64,000 bases of DNA from an uncultured Actinomycetes bacterium (GTDB taxonomy: Bacteria > Actinomycetota > Thermoleophilia > Gaiellales > Gaiellaceae). The translations under genes and the position numbers were made by a program. Of the stretch, positions 57,038 through 64,000 are shown one piece after another (within the stretch, counting starts at the first letter, position 1; each line of letters begins with the position of its first letter). The stretch lies in contig CAWCVL010000008.1 in the NCBI GenBank assembly GCA_963798985.1, forward strand, positions 30,442-94,441. Reading direction: 5' to 3'. A model generated the notes under the pieces. The model saw only the letters and a program-made list of their open reading frames with translations. It was not told where the DNA came from and did not search any database.

Positions 57038-57975
57038 AGGCTGAAGCGCGGCAGGTCGAGCTCGTCGACGCGCTCGAGCGCGGCGAGCGCGATCGCGAGG
57101 TCCTGGATCGCGAGGCCGGTCGAGTCGAAGACCGTCGCCTCATCGGGGGAGCGCCGTCCTTCAGCCGAGCCGGTCAGCACCGCTCCGAGCTCGGTCACGT
57201 CCGCTCGCTGCAGCATGCCGGCCTCCACCGCATGGGCGATGTCGCCGCCGTGGCTCGCTTGCTCCCACTCGTCGGAGAACACGCGCACGCGCGCGAGCTC
57301 CTCGATTGCGATCTCCTGCTTGCCGGGCCCGTCGGCGCCCATCAGCGACGCGTGCTGGCCCGGTGCGAGCGCGCCTTCGGCCAGAAGCACCTCGCGACCC
57401 GGCGTGACGGTGACGACGAGGTCCGCGGCGAGAGCATCTTCACGCGAAGCCGCCACGTCGGCCCCGAGCTCCGACGCGACGCCGCGCGCTCGCTCTGTAT
57501 CGACGTCCCACAGCGCGACGTCCCGGCCGCGCGCGAGAAACGTCCGTGCCGCGGCGCGGCCGTTGACGCCCGCACCGATCACGGCGGCGCCCCCGGCGTC
57601 ACTTCGACCGAGCGTTTCGGCCGCGAGCACCGCGGCCGCGCCGGTCCGGAGCGCGGTCACCGCGCCCGCGTCGAGCACCGCCCGCAGCACTCCGTTCGAC
57701 GCGTCGGAGACGAGCACGAGCCCCATCACCGTCGGGAGCCCGGCAGCGGGATTCCCCGGAAACGAGGTCACCCACTTGAGAAGTGCGTGACCTCCACCGA
57801 GTGCGGGCATCGCGCGGAAGTCGCCCGCCGGATAGGCGTGCACGTACACCTTCGGCGGCATCGTCCACTCGCCGCGCGCGTAGGCGACGAACGCGTCGCG
57901 TACGGCCTCGAGCGCTCGCTCCGGCGCGACTGCCTCCTCGACGGCGGCGCCGTCGAAGAACGGAACGGAGACCAT
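57034..57975 (-). CDS. ornithine cyclodeaminase / mu-crystallin family protein
   Basis: About 313 aa. FRAMPA, KWVTSFPGN, TALRTGAA, VIGAGVNG and DSTGLAIQD. ATG 57975 shares its A with the pntB stop (TGATG). Confidence 0.8.
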   Translation of the reverse strand: MVSVPFFDGAAVEEAVAPERALEAVRDAFVAYARGEWTMPPKVYVHAYPAGDFRAMPALGGGHALLKWVTSFPGNPAAGLPTVMGLVLVSDASNGVLRAVLDAGAVTALRTGAAAVLAAETLGRSDAGGAAVIGAGVNGRAAARTFLARGRDVALWDVDTERARGVASELGADVAASREDALAADLVVTVTPGREVLLAEGALAPGQHASLMGADGPGKQEIAIEELARVRVFSDEWEQASHGGDIAHAVEAGMLQRADVTELGAVLTGSAEGRRSPDEATVFDSTGLAIQDLAIALAALERVDELDLPRFSL

Positions 57976-59369
57976 CAAACCGCCTTGACGGCCGCGACGA
58001 GCCGCTCGAGCGCGGTCTTCGCGTCGTCGAAGAGCATCACCGTCTTCGGGTCGTAGAAGAGCGGGTTGTCGACGCCCGCGAACCCCGTCGCGAGCGAGCG
58101 CTTGATCACGACGACGTTGTGCGCCTTGTCCACGTCGAGGATCGGCATGCCGTAGATCGGGCTGCCGGGCGAGCTTCGCGCCGCGGGGTTGACGACGTCG
58201 TTCGCGCCGACCACGACGACGACGTCCGTCTGCGGGAACTCGGGGTTGATCTCGTCCATCTCGAAGAGCTCGTCGTACGGCACGTTGGCTTCCGCCAGCA
58301 GCACGTTCATGTGCCCAGGCATTCGCCCTGCGACGGGGTGAATCGCGTAGCGGACGTCGACGCCTTTGCTCTCGAGCAGCTCCCCGAGGCTCCGCACGTC
58401 GTGCTGCGCCTGCGCGACCGCGAGCCCGTAACCCGGCACGAACACCACGCGCCTGGCGTACGCCAGCATGAACCCGATGTCCTCCGGCGACGCCGTGCGC
58501 ACGCTGGCGCCGTTCGTCGGCGCACCGACCGGCGCCGGCCCGCCGGTCGCCGTCGCGCCGAACGCCCCGAAGAGCGTCTGGACGAGCGGGCGGCCCATCG
58601 CCCGGCCCATCATCACGGTGAGGAGCGTGCCCGACGCACCGACGATCGTTCCGCCGATGATCAGCGCCGTGTTGTGCAGCACGAAACCGGTCGAGGCAGC
58701 CGCGAGGCCCGTGCAGGCGTTCAGCAGCGAGATCACGACCGGCATGTCGGCGCCGCCGATCGGAAGCACGAACAGCACGCCGAGCACCGCGGCGGCGACC
58801 ATCAACAGCACGAGCCAGAGCCCGTTCTCGGTCACGGCCGTCAACGCGACGAGCGCGACGAGCGCGACCCCGAGCGCGGCGTTGAACAGGTTCTGCCCGG
58901 GGAAGACGAGCGGCCGCCCGGTGATCACCTCCTGCAGCTTCCCGAACGCGACGAGCGATCCCCAGAAGCTGACCGACCCGATCACGGCGGAGAAGAGGAT
59001 CCCGACGAGCAGCTCTCCCTCGAGCCCGCCGGGCGCGGGCGCGTGGCGGTGGAACTCGGACGCTGCGATCAGTGCGGCCGCACCGCCGCCGACGCCGTTG
59101 AACAGCGCGACCATCTGCGGGATCTGCGTCATCTTCACCGCGCGCGCCGAGAGCACACCGACCACCGAGCCCACGGCGATCCCCGCGAGCATCAGCCCGT
59201 ACGAGTCGATCTCCTCGATCAGGAACGTGAAGCCGATGGCGATCGCCATGCCGACCGCGGCGATCCAGTTGCCCGAGCGGGCCGTGCGGGGGTGCGAGAG
59301 CCGCTTGACGCCGACGATCAGCAGGATCGCGGCGACGAGGTAGGCAACGTCGATCCAGGTGCGGCTCAT
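57975..59369 (-). CDS. pntB: NAD(P) transhydrogenase subunit beta
   Basis: 465 aa from ATG 59369. Multi-TM N-terminal half plus an NADP(H) domain (VPGYGLAVAQAQ, HPVAGRMPGHMNVLLAEA, GANDVVNPAA). Confidence 0.95.
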   Translation of the reverse strand: MSRTWIDVAYLVAAILLIVGVKRLSHPRTARSGNWIAAVGMAIAIGFTFLIEEIDSYGLMLAGIAVGSVVGVLSARAVKMTQIPQMVALFNGVGGGAAALIAASEFHRHAPAPGGLEGELLVGILFSAVIGSVSFWGSLVAFGKLQEVITGRPLVFPGQNLFNAALGVALVALVALTAVTENGLWLVLLMVAAAVLGVLFVLPIGGADMPVVISLLNACTGLAAASTGFVLHNTALIIGGTIVGASGTLLTVMMGRAMGRPLVQTLFGAFGATATGGPAPVGAPTNGASVRTASPEDIGFMLAYARRVVFVPGYGLAVAQAQHDVRSLGELLESKGVDVRYAIHPVAGRMPGHMNVLLAEANVPYDELFEMDEINPEFPQTDVVVVVGANDVVNPAARSSPGSPIYGMPILDVDKAHNVVVIKRSLATGFAGVDNPLFYDPKTVMLFDDAKTALERLVAAVKAV

Positions 59370-59671
59370 TCGCCGTCCGGCTCGTCGGGCCGGCGCTGCT
59401 TGAACATCTCGAGCATGCGGTCGGTGACGAGGAAGCCGCCGACGACGTTGATCGTGCCGAAGACGACGGCGACGAAGCCGAGCACCTGCTCGATCGTCGA
59501 GTCCGCGGTCCCGACGATCAGCATCGCGCCGATCAGGACGATGCCGTGGATCGCGTTGGTGCCCGACATCAGTGGCGTGTGCAGCATCGCCGGCACCTTC
59601 GAGATGATCTCGAACCCGACGAAGATCGCGAGCGCGAAGATCGTCAGCTCGAGCACGAGCAGCTCGTTCAC
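59366..59671 (-). CDS. pntA: NAD(P) transhydrogenase subunit alpha part 2 (membrane)
   Basis: About 101 aa. LTIFALAIFVGFEIISKVPAMLHTPLMSGTNAIHGIVLIGAM. GTGA and ATGA overlaps with its neighbours. Confidence 0.9.
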   Translation of the reverse strand: MNELLVLELTIFALAIFVGFEIISKVPAMLHTPLMSGTNAIHGIVLIGAMLIVGTADSTIEQVLGFVAVVFGTINVVGGFLVTDRMLEMFKQRRPDEPDGE

Positions 59672-60753
59672 GCCGGCACCTCCTCGCGGCGCGTGACGCA
59701 CGCGCCGGCGACGATCTCGTCGTCGAAGTCGATGTGCAGCTCACCCTCGGGCGCCAGGTGCTGCAACAGCGACGTGACGTTTCGGGCGTAGAGCCGCGAA
59801 GCGTCGTACGCCATCGTGCTCGGGAGATTCGTCAGCCCGACGATCGTCACGCCGTCCTCGGAGAACTCCTCGCCCGGTCGGGTCAGCTCGCAGTTTCCAC
59901 CGGTCTCCGCGGCGAGGTCGACGATCACCGAGCCGGGGCGCATCGCGTGCACCGCGCTCGCGGGGATCAGCCTCGGCGCGGCGCGCCCCGGGATCGCGGC
60001 CGTCGTGATCACGGCGTCGAACTCCGGGATCCGTTTCTCGAGCTCCTCCTGCTGCGTGCGCTGCTCGTCCGCGGTCAGCTCGCGCGCGTACCCGCCCTCG
60101 GTCTCCTCTCCCACGACGCCGAGGTCGAGGAACGCCGCGCCGAGCGACTCGACCTGCTCGCGAACGGCCGGCCGCACGTCGAAGCCCGACACGACGGCAC
60201 CGAGCCGCCGTGCTGTCGCGATCGCCTGGAGACCCGCGACGCCCGCGCCGAGAACGAGCACCTTCGCGGGTGGCACGGTGCCGGCCGCGGTCATCAACAT
60301 CGGCAGAAAGCGCGGGAGCCGGTCGGCAGCGATCAGCGCGGCCTTGTAGCCGGAGACCGTCGCCTGCGACGAGAGCGCGTCCATCGCCTGCGCGCGCGTG
60401 ATTCGCGGGATCGACTCCATGGCGAACGCGACCACGCCGCGCGCGGCGAGCCGGTCGATTCCCTCGTGGTCGGTCAGGGGCTGGAGGAACCCGATCAGCA
60501 CCTGGCCGTCGCGCAGCCGCTCGACCTCCGTGGCCGCGGGCGATTGGACCTTCACGACGGCGTCGGCGTCCCAGGCAGACCCGAGCTCGGCGCCTGCCTC
60601 GCGGTAGTCCTCGTCGGGGTAGGAGGCCGCGACGCCCGCACCCGGCTCGACGACGACGGCGATCCCGGTCTGCGCGAGCCGGCCGACGGAGTCTGGGACG
60701 AGCGCCACGCGCCGTTCTCCGGTAGCGGTCTCCCGTGCGACCCCGACTCTCAC
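59668..60753 (-). CDS. pntA: NAD(P) transhydrogenase subunit alpha part 1 (AlaDH-like dI domain)
   Basis: VGVARETATGERRVALVP, VLVLGAGVAGLQAIATARRLGA and TTAAIPGRAAP. Start is GTG 60753. Confidence 0.9.
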   Translation of the reverse strand: MRVGVARETATGERRVALVPDSVGRLAQTGIAVVVEPGAGVAASYPDEDYREAGAELGSAWDADAVVKVQSPAATEVERLRDGQVLIGFLQPLTDHEGIDRLAARGVVAFAMESIPRITRAQAMDALSSQATVSGYKAALIAADRLPRFLPMLMTAAGTVPPAKVLVLGAGVAGLQAIATARRLGAVVSGFDVRPAVREQVESLGAAFLDLGVVGEETEGGYARELTADEQRTQQEELEKRIPEFDAVITTAAIPGRAAPRLIPASAVHAMRPGSVIVDLAAETGGNCELTRPGEEFSEDGVTIVGLTNLPSTMAYDASRLYARNVTSLLQHLAPEGELHIDFDDEIVAGACVTRREEVPA

Positions 60754-60817
60754 CGCGACGATCCTATTTGCGCTCGCCGGGAAGGGACGGGGGAGGCAAC
60801 AGCGAACTCTGCCGTCC

Positions 60818-61375
60818 GTGCTGGCGGACCTCACTGAGGCGGTGGAGGAGTCCCATCCCTGGACGCGCGGTCACGCACGTCGCGTCGCCGGGCTCGCGCT
60901 CGCCGTCGCCGAGACGCTCGAGTGGCGAGGAGCACGCATTCAGGCCGTCCGGGCCGGTGCTCTCCTCCACGACGTCGGCAAGCTCCTGCTCCCGACAGAG
61001 CTGCTCGGAAAGCCCGGTGCGTTCACGGAGGCCGAGCTCGACGAGATGCGCACGCATCCGGCGGCGGGCGCGCGCTTGATCGCGGGCTCGCCGGAAGCAC
61101 GTGACGCGATCGGCTGCGTGCTCTACCACCACGAGCGGTGGGACGGGCTCGGGTATCCCGCGAGGCTCGACGGCTCTCTGATCCCGATCGAGGCACGCGT
61201 GATCGGTCTCGCGGACGCCTTCGACGCGATGACGTCGAACCGCCCGTACCGCGCTGCTCTGACCACCGATGCGGCGCTCGAGGAGCTCGTGCGCTGCGCC
61301 GGGACGCAGTTCGACCCGGTGCTCACGGACGCGTGCGTCGACGTCTGGTCGACTCGCCTGCTCCTCGCCGTCTAG
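60818..61375 (+). CDS. HD-GYP domain-containing protein
   Basis: 185 aa. HARRVA, LLHDVGK and YHHERWDGLGYP motifs. No sensor domain. Confidence 0.8.
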   Translation: MLADLTEAVEESHPWTRGHARRVAGLALAVAETLEWRGARIQAVRAGALLHDVGKLLLPTELLGKPGAFTEAELDEMRTHPAAGARLIAGSPEARDAIGCVLYHHERWDGLGYPARLDGSLIPIEARVIGLADAFDAMTSNRPYRAALTTDAALEELVRCAGTQFDPVLTDACVDVWSTRLLLAV

Positions 61376-61452
61376 CGGCCGCGAAGCGGACGCCTTCAGG
61401 GGTCTTCGCGCGTCGCGGATCCGCGCAAGCGGATTCGCGACTTGCGCAGCTA
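61375..61452 (+). repeat. copy B of the approximately 80-nt structured intergenic element (13-bp stem with GNRA loop at 61412-61441)
   Basis: GCGGCCGCGAAGCGGACGCCTTCAGGGGTCTTCGCGCGTCGCGGATCCGCGCAAGCGGATTCGCGACTTGCGCAGCTAA fills the convergent gap between the HD-GYP stop and the dehydrogenase stop. Confidence 0.75.
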
Positions 61453-61453
61453 A

Positions 61454-62563
61454 CTAGAGCGTCGCCCAGACCTCGAGCTTCGTCTTGATGCGGTTGATCA
61501 CGGCGTCGGTGTAGTCCGACGCCCCCAAGTGCCCACCGAGATCCGCCGTGCGATCGCCCTCCGCGACCGCTTCGAGCGCCGACTCGCGGATCGCGCGCGC
61601 GGCCTCCTGCTCCCGCTCGTCGCCGTGCATCAGCAGCGCGGCACCGGCCAGGATCATCGCCATCGGGTTCGCGATGTTCTTTCCTTCGAGCGCCGGTGCG
61701 GTCCCGTGCGCAGCCTCGGCCATCAGCGCGCTTGGAACGTCGATCTCGTCGAACGCGACGAGCAGCGACTCGGAGCCCGCGATCGAGCCGAAGAGCGGCA
61801 GCACGAAGTCGCTCAGGATGTCGCCGTCCCGGTTCAGCGACGGGATGACCAGCGGCTCCGACGCGCGCGCCATCAGCAGCGCGAAGGTCGCGTCGATCAG
61901 CTGCGGCTCGTACGGCACGTCGGCGTGGCGCTCGGCTGCGGCGTCCATCTCTTCCTTGAGCATCCCCTCGTACGTCGGGGAGACGGTGTACTTCGGACCG
62001 CCGAAGACCTTCCCGTGCGTCCGCTCCGCGAGCCGAAACGCGTACTCGGCAACAGACCGGCAAATTCGTCGCTCGATCTTCTCCGTGCGATACGCGACCT
62101 CGTCGTCGCCCTCGCCTTCGCGCCACTCCTTCGCGCCGTAGGCGTCGCCGACTGCCATCCGCACGATCGAGATCGGTGCGAACACGCCCCCGATCGGAAC
62201 GACGCCGGGGATCCGGCGCCCGGTGCGCACGATCACGCGCCCGCCGATCTCCTCGCGGAGGATCCGGTTCGGCGAACCGACGTCGCCGCGCTCCTCGGGC
62301 GTGATCGTCGCGGCTTTCAGGCCCAGCCCGTGCTCTCGGATCGCCGCAGCAGCCTCGTACACCACCGCGTTCTTCGTCGTCCGTCGGTTCTCGAGCGAGA
62401 GATCGAATCGGGGAAACGCCAGCTCCAGCCCGATCACGTCGGGCTGCAGGACGCGAAGCGACTCCTCGAGCAGTTCCTGGCCGGTCTGGTCGCCCTCGAG
62501 CACGACGATCGTGTTCGTTTCCACGGCGGCCGAGATTACCGTGCGACCTTCTGCTTCGCTCAT
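61454..62563 (-). CDS. isocitrate/isopropylmalate dehydrogenase family protein
   Basis: About 369 aa from ATG 62563. IVVLEGDQTGQELL, SPNRILREE, NRDGDILSD and AHGTAPALEGKNIANP motifs. Confidence 0.85.
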   Translation of the reverse strand: MSEAEGRTVISAAVETNTIVVLEGDQTGQELLEESLRVLQPDVIGLELAFPRFDLSLENRRTTKNAVVYEAAAAIREHGLGLKAATITPEERGDVGSPNRILREEIGGRVIVRTGRRIPGVVPIGGVFAPISIVRMAVGDAYGAKEWREGEGDDEVAYRTEKIERRICRSVAEYAFRLAERTHGKVFGGPKYTVSPTYEGMLKEEMDAAAERHADVPYEPQLIDATFALLMARASEPLVIPSLNRDGDILSDFVLPLFGSIAGSESLLVAFDEIDVPSALMAEAAHGTAPALEGKNIANPMAMILAGAALLMHGDEREQEAARAIRESALEAVAEGDRTADLGGHLGASDYTDAVINRIKTKLEVWATL

Positions 62564-62615
62564 GGCGAATTCGGCAGGCTCGCGCGGCCGCATAGTTCCA
62601 CGGCGCTTTGTCGGC

Positions 62616-62621
62616 TACAAT
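62616..62621 (+). promoter_or_regulatory. candidate -10 hexamer TACAAT for the small zinc-ribbon gene
   Basis: TACAAT lies 33 nt upstream of TTG 62654, followed by the strong SD GAGGAGG (62642-62648). There is no convincing -35. Confidence 0.3.
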
Positions 62622-62653
62622 CGCAACGAACCCCGCTGATCGAGGAGGAAAAG

Positions 62654-62854
62654 TTGGCGAGAAAGACCGTGCTCGTTTGCGACAGCTGCAGCAACGAAAT
62701 CGATGAGTCGAAGGGCGCCGTGATGCGCATCAACTTCAACGACGCGCGCCGCGGCTCGAAGCAGGCCGACCTGTGCGACACCTGCGCTGCGAAGATGCCG
62801 GGCCAGGCGGCGGCCAGGCGCGGCCGCAGGCCGAAGGCGGCCTCGGCGGGCTGA
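62654..62854 (+). CDS. small zinc-ribbon protein with a basic AT-hook-like tail (Lsr2 N-terminal-like)
   Basis: 66 aa from TTG 62654, after GAGGAGGAAAAG. ARKTVLVCDSCSNEIDESKGAVMRINFNDARRGSKQADLCDTCAAKMPGQAAARRGRRPKAASAG has two CxxC pairs and an RGRRPK tail. Followed by a strong hairpin. Confidence 0.6.
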   Translation: MARKTVLVCDSCSNEIDESKGAVMRINFNDARRGSKQADLCDTCAAKMPGQAAARRGRRPKAASAG

Positions 62855-62859
62855 GCGCA

Positions 62860-62890
62860 GGGGCGGGGTAGCCCCGCCCCACGTTTCGCG
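62860..62890 (+). terminator. candidate intrinsic terminator after the small zinc-ribbon gene
   Basis: GGGGCGGGG-TAG-CCCCGCCCC is a perfect 9-bp GC stem 6 nt after the stop, followed by ACGTTTCGCG (weak U tract). Confidence 0.5.
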
Positions 62891-62948
62891 CACTTTGCGG
62901 AGAGCCGTGTCCGGAGCCGTCGGGACCGGCCTCTACGATGGGCAGGTT

Positions 62949-64000
62949 GTGGGTCTGAGCCTGCTCGTCGGCCCCGCGAACGCGGGGAAGGTTTCGCTGC
63001 TCCTGGAGCGGTATCTCGCCGTGCTCGGCGAGGGGAGGGAGCCGACATTGATCGTGCCGAGCCGGTCGGACGTCGACCGGGTCGAGCGGGAACTCGTCGC
63101 CCGCCACGGGTGCCTCTTCGGCGGTTCGATCGGGACGTTCGACGACGTCTTCGAGCGGATCGCCTACACCGGCGCGACGAGGCCGCTGGCCACCGACGCG
63201 CAGCAGCAGCTCGCGCTCCGGCGGGCCGTCGTGCGAGCATCGCTCAACGGCCTCTCGGCCTCAGCGCACTCCGCCGGGTTCGCCGACACGCTGCGCGAGG
63301 CGATCCGCGAGCTCCAGAGCGCGCTGCTCGAGCCCGATCGCGTCGAGGGCGACCTCGCGCACCTCTACGCGTCGTACCGGGCCGAGCTCGACACGCTCGG
63401 CGTCTGGGACCGCGAGCTGCTGCGGGCCGAGGCCGTCGCCCGCCTGCGGGGACAGCTCGACGCCTGGCACGGCGAGCCCGTGTTCGCCTACGGCTTCGAG
63501 GACCTCACCGCCGCCGAGTGGTCGCTGCTGGAAGCGCTCGCCGGTCGTACGGAGGTCACCGTCTCGCTGCCCTACGAGCAGGGTCGCACGGCGTTCGCCT
63601 CGCTCCAGCGAACCGCCGAGGATCTCGCGAAGCTCGCCGACGGGCGGATCGAGGAGCTCCCGCCTGCGTACGCCGAGGTGGCTCCGCCGGCCCTCGCGTA
63701 TCTCGAGCGAGCGCTCTTCGAGGAGCCCCGCGCCGGAGCGCCGCCGCTCGAGGGCGCCGTCTCCTTCCTGGAGGGCGCCGGTGTGCGCGGCGCGCTCGAG
63801 CTCGTCGGCGACGAGCTGCTTCGGCTCGTGCGCGCGGGAACCGCGCCGGACGCGATCGGCGTCGTCTGCCCGTCGCTCGGCCGCTGGCGCGCGCCGCTCG
63901 AGACGGCCTTCCGGACGCTCGGCATCCCGTACGCCTTCGACGGCCGCGGGCGCTTCGCCGAGACGGCCTTCGGGCACGCGTTGCTCGCGCTGCTTCGCTA
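62949..64000 (+). CDS. AddB/AdnA-like helicase-nuclease subunit, N-terminal part (continues past the right edge)
   Basis: GTG 62949 gives VGLSLLVGPANAGKVSLLLERYL (P-loop)...EPVFAYGFEDLTAAEWSLLEAL...VVCPSL. The frame is open to the window end with GC3-rich codons. It is not in the ORF track because there is no stop. Confidence 0.6.
   Translation, partial: MGLSLLVGPANAGKVSLLLERYLAVLGEGREPTLIVPSRSDVDRVERELVARHGCLFGGSIGTFDDVFERIAYTGATRPLATDAQQQLALRRAVVRASLNGLSASAHSAGFADTLREAIRELQSALLEPDRVEGDLAHLYASYRAELDTLGVWDRELLRAEAVARLRGQLDAWHGEPVFAYGFEDLTAAEWSLLEALAGRTEVTVSLPYEQGRTAFASLQRTAEDLAKLADGRIEELPPAYAEVAPPALAYLERALFEEPRAGAPPLEGAVSFLEGAGVRGALELVGDELLRLVRAGTAPDAIGVVCPSLGRWRAPLETAFRTLGIPYAFDGRGRFAETAFGHALLALLR

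Noticed and set aside
1-64000. CRISPR arrays, tandem repeat arrays, rRNA/tRNA/tmRNA/SRP RNA genes, and IS elements, integrases, prophage or defence-island genes.
   Set aside because: No regularly spaced direct repeats were seen, and no non-coding gap exceeds about 160 nt. No transposase, recombinase or phage-like ORFs are present, and every sizeable ORF is assignable to housekeeping or small accessory functions.

Overview
High-GC (about 70%) actinobacterial-type chromosome segment. The synteny looks like a deep-branching Actinomycetota lineage such as Thermoleophilia or Rubrobacteria, but I cannot confirm that without a database search. The window is almost fully coding, with about 76 protein genes and no gap larger than about 160 nt. 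At least 23 gene pairs share 4-nt GTGA/ATGA/TTGA stop-start overlaps. Content is core housekeeping: (1) an aromatic amino-acid cluster (trpS and chorismate mutase divergent from DAHP synthase-tyrA-aroA) running into cmk-plsC-der-gpsA; (2) metK; (3) an iron ABC transporter operon ending in a DtxR-family regulator; (4) priA-def-fmt-rsmB-rpe-ribD-(LLM oxidoreductase)-ribE-ribBA-ribH; (5) rpmB-asp23-DAK2(FakA-like)-receiver-DegV-recG; (6) rsmD-coaD; (7) yceD-rpmF-plsX-acpP-rnc-smc-ftsY-ffh-rpsP-KH-rimM-trmD-lepB-rplS-rnhB-yraN-(DNA methyltransferase)-comM-dprA; (8) a pntAA-pntAB-pntB operon; (9) an HD-GYP protein and an isocitrate/isopropylmalate dehydrogenase homologue; (10) the start of an AddB-like nuclease gene. 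I found no rRNA, tRNA, CRISPR array, IS element, integrase or prophage genes. The most striking property is technical or evolutionary: at least 26 single-base indels (22 insertions, 4 deletions, mostly in G/C runs) interrupt 16 conserved genes between 10 kb and 55 kb. Some are hidden inside ORFs that look intact (priA, the methyltransferase). I read these as assembly or sequencing errors rather than real pseudogenes; indel positions are accurate to about 3 nt. I do not see a clear-cut novel multi-gene system. The best candidates for follow-up are listed here. (a) An 80-nt structured intergenic element present twice. (b) A 161-nt long-arm palindrome between a LysR-divergent small ORF and an EamA transporter. 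(c) A stand-alone receiver domain translationally coupled inside a FakA/FakB-like fatty-acid kinase operon. (d) A 66-aa zinc-ribbon plus AT-hook protein resembling a minimal Lsr2. (e) An orphan amino-methyltransferase inserted into the yraN-comM-dprA block. (f) An LLM oxidoreductase embedded in the riboflavin operon. All family assignments come from motif recognition by eye, not from searches.
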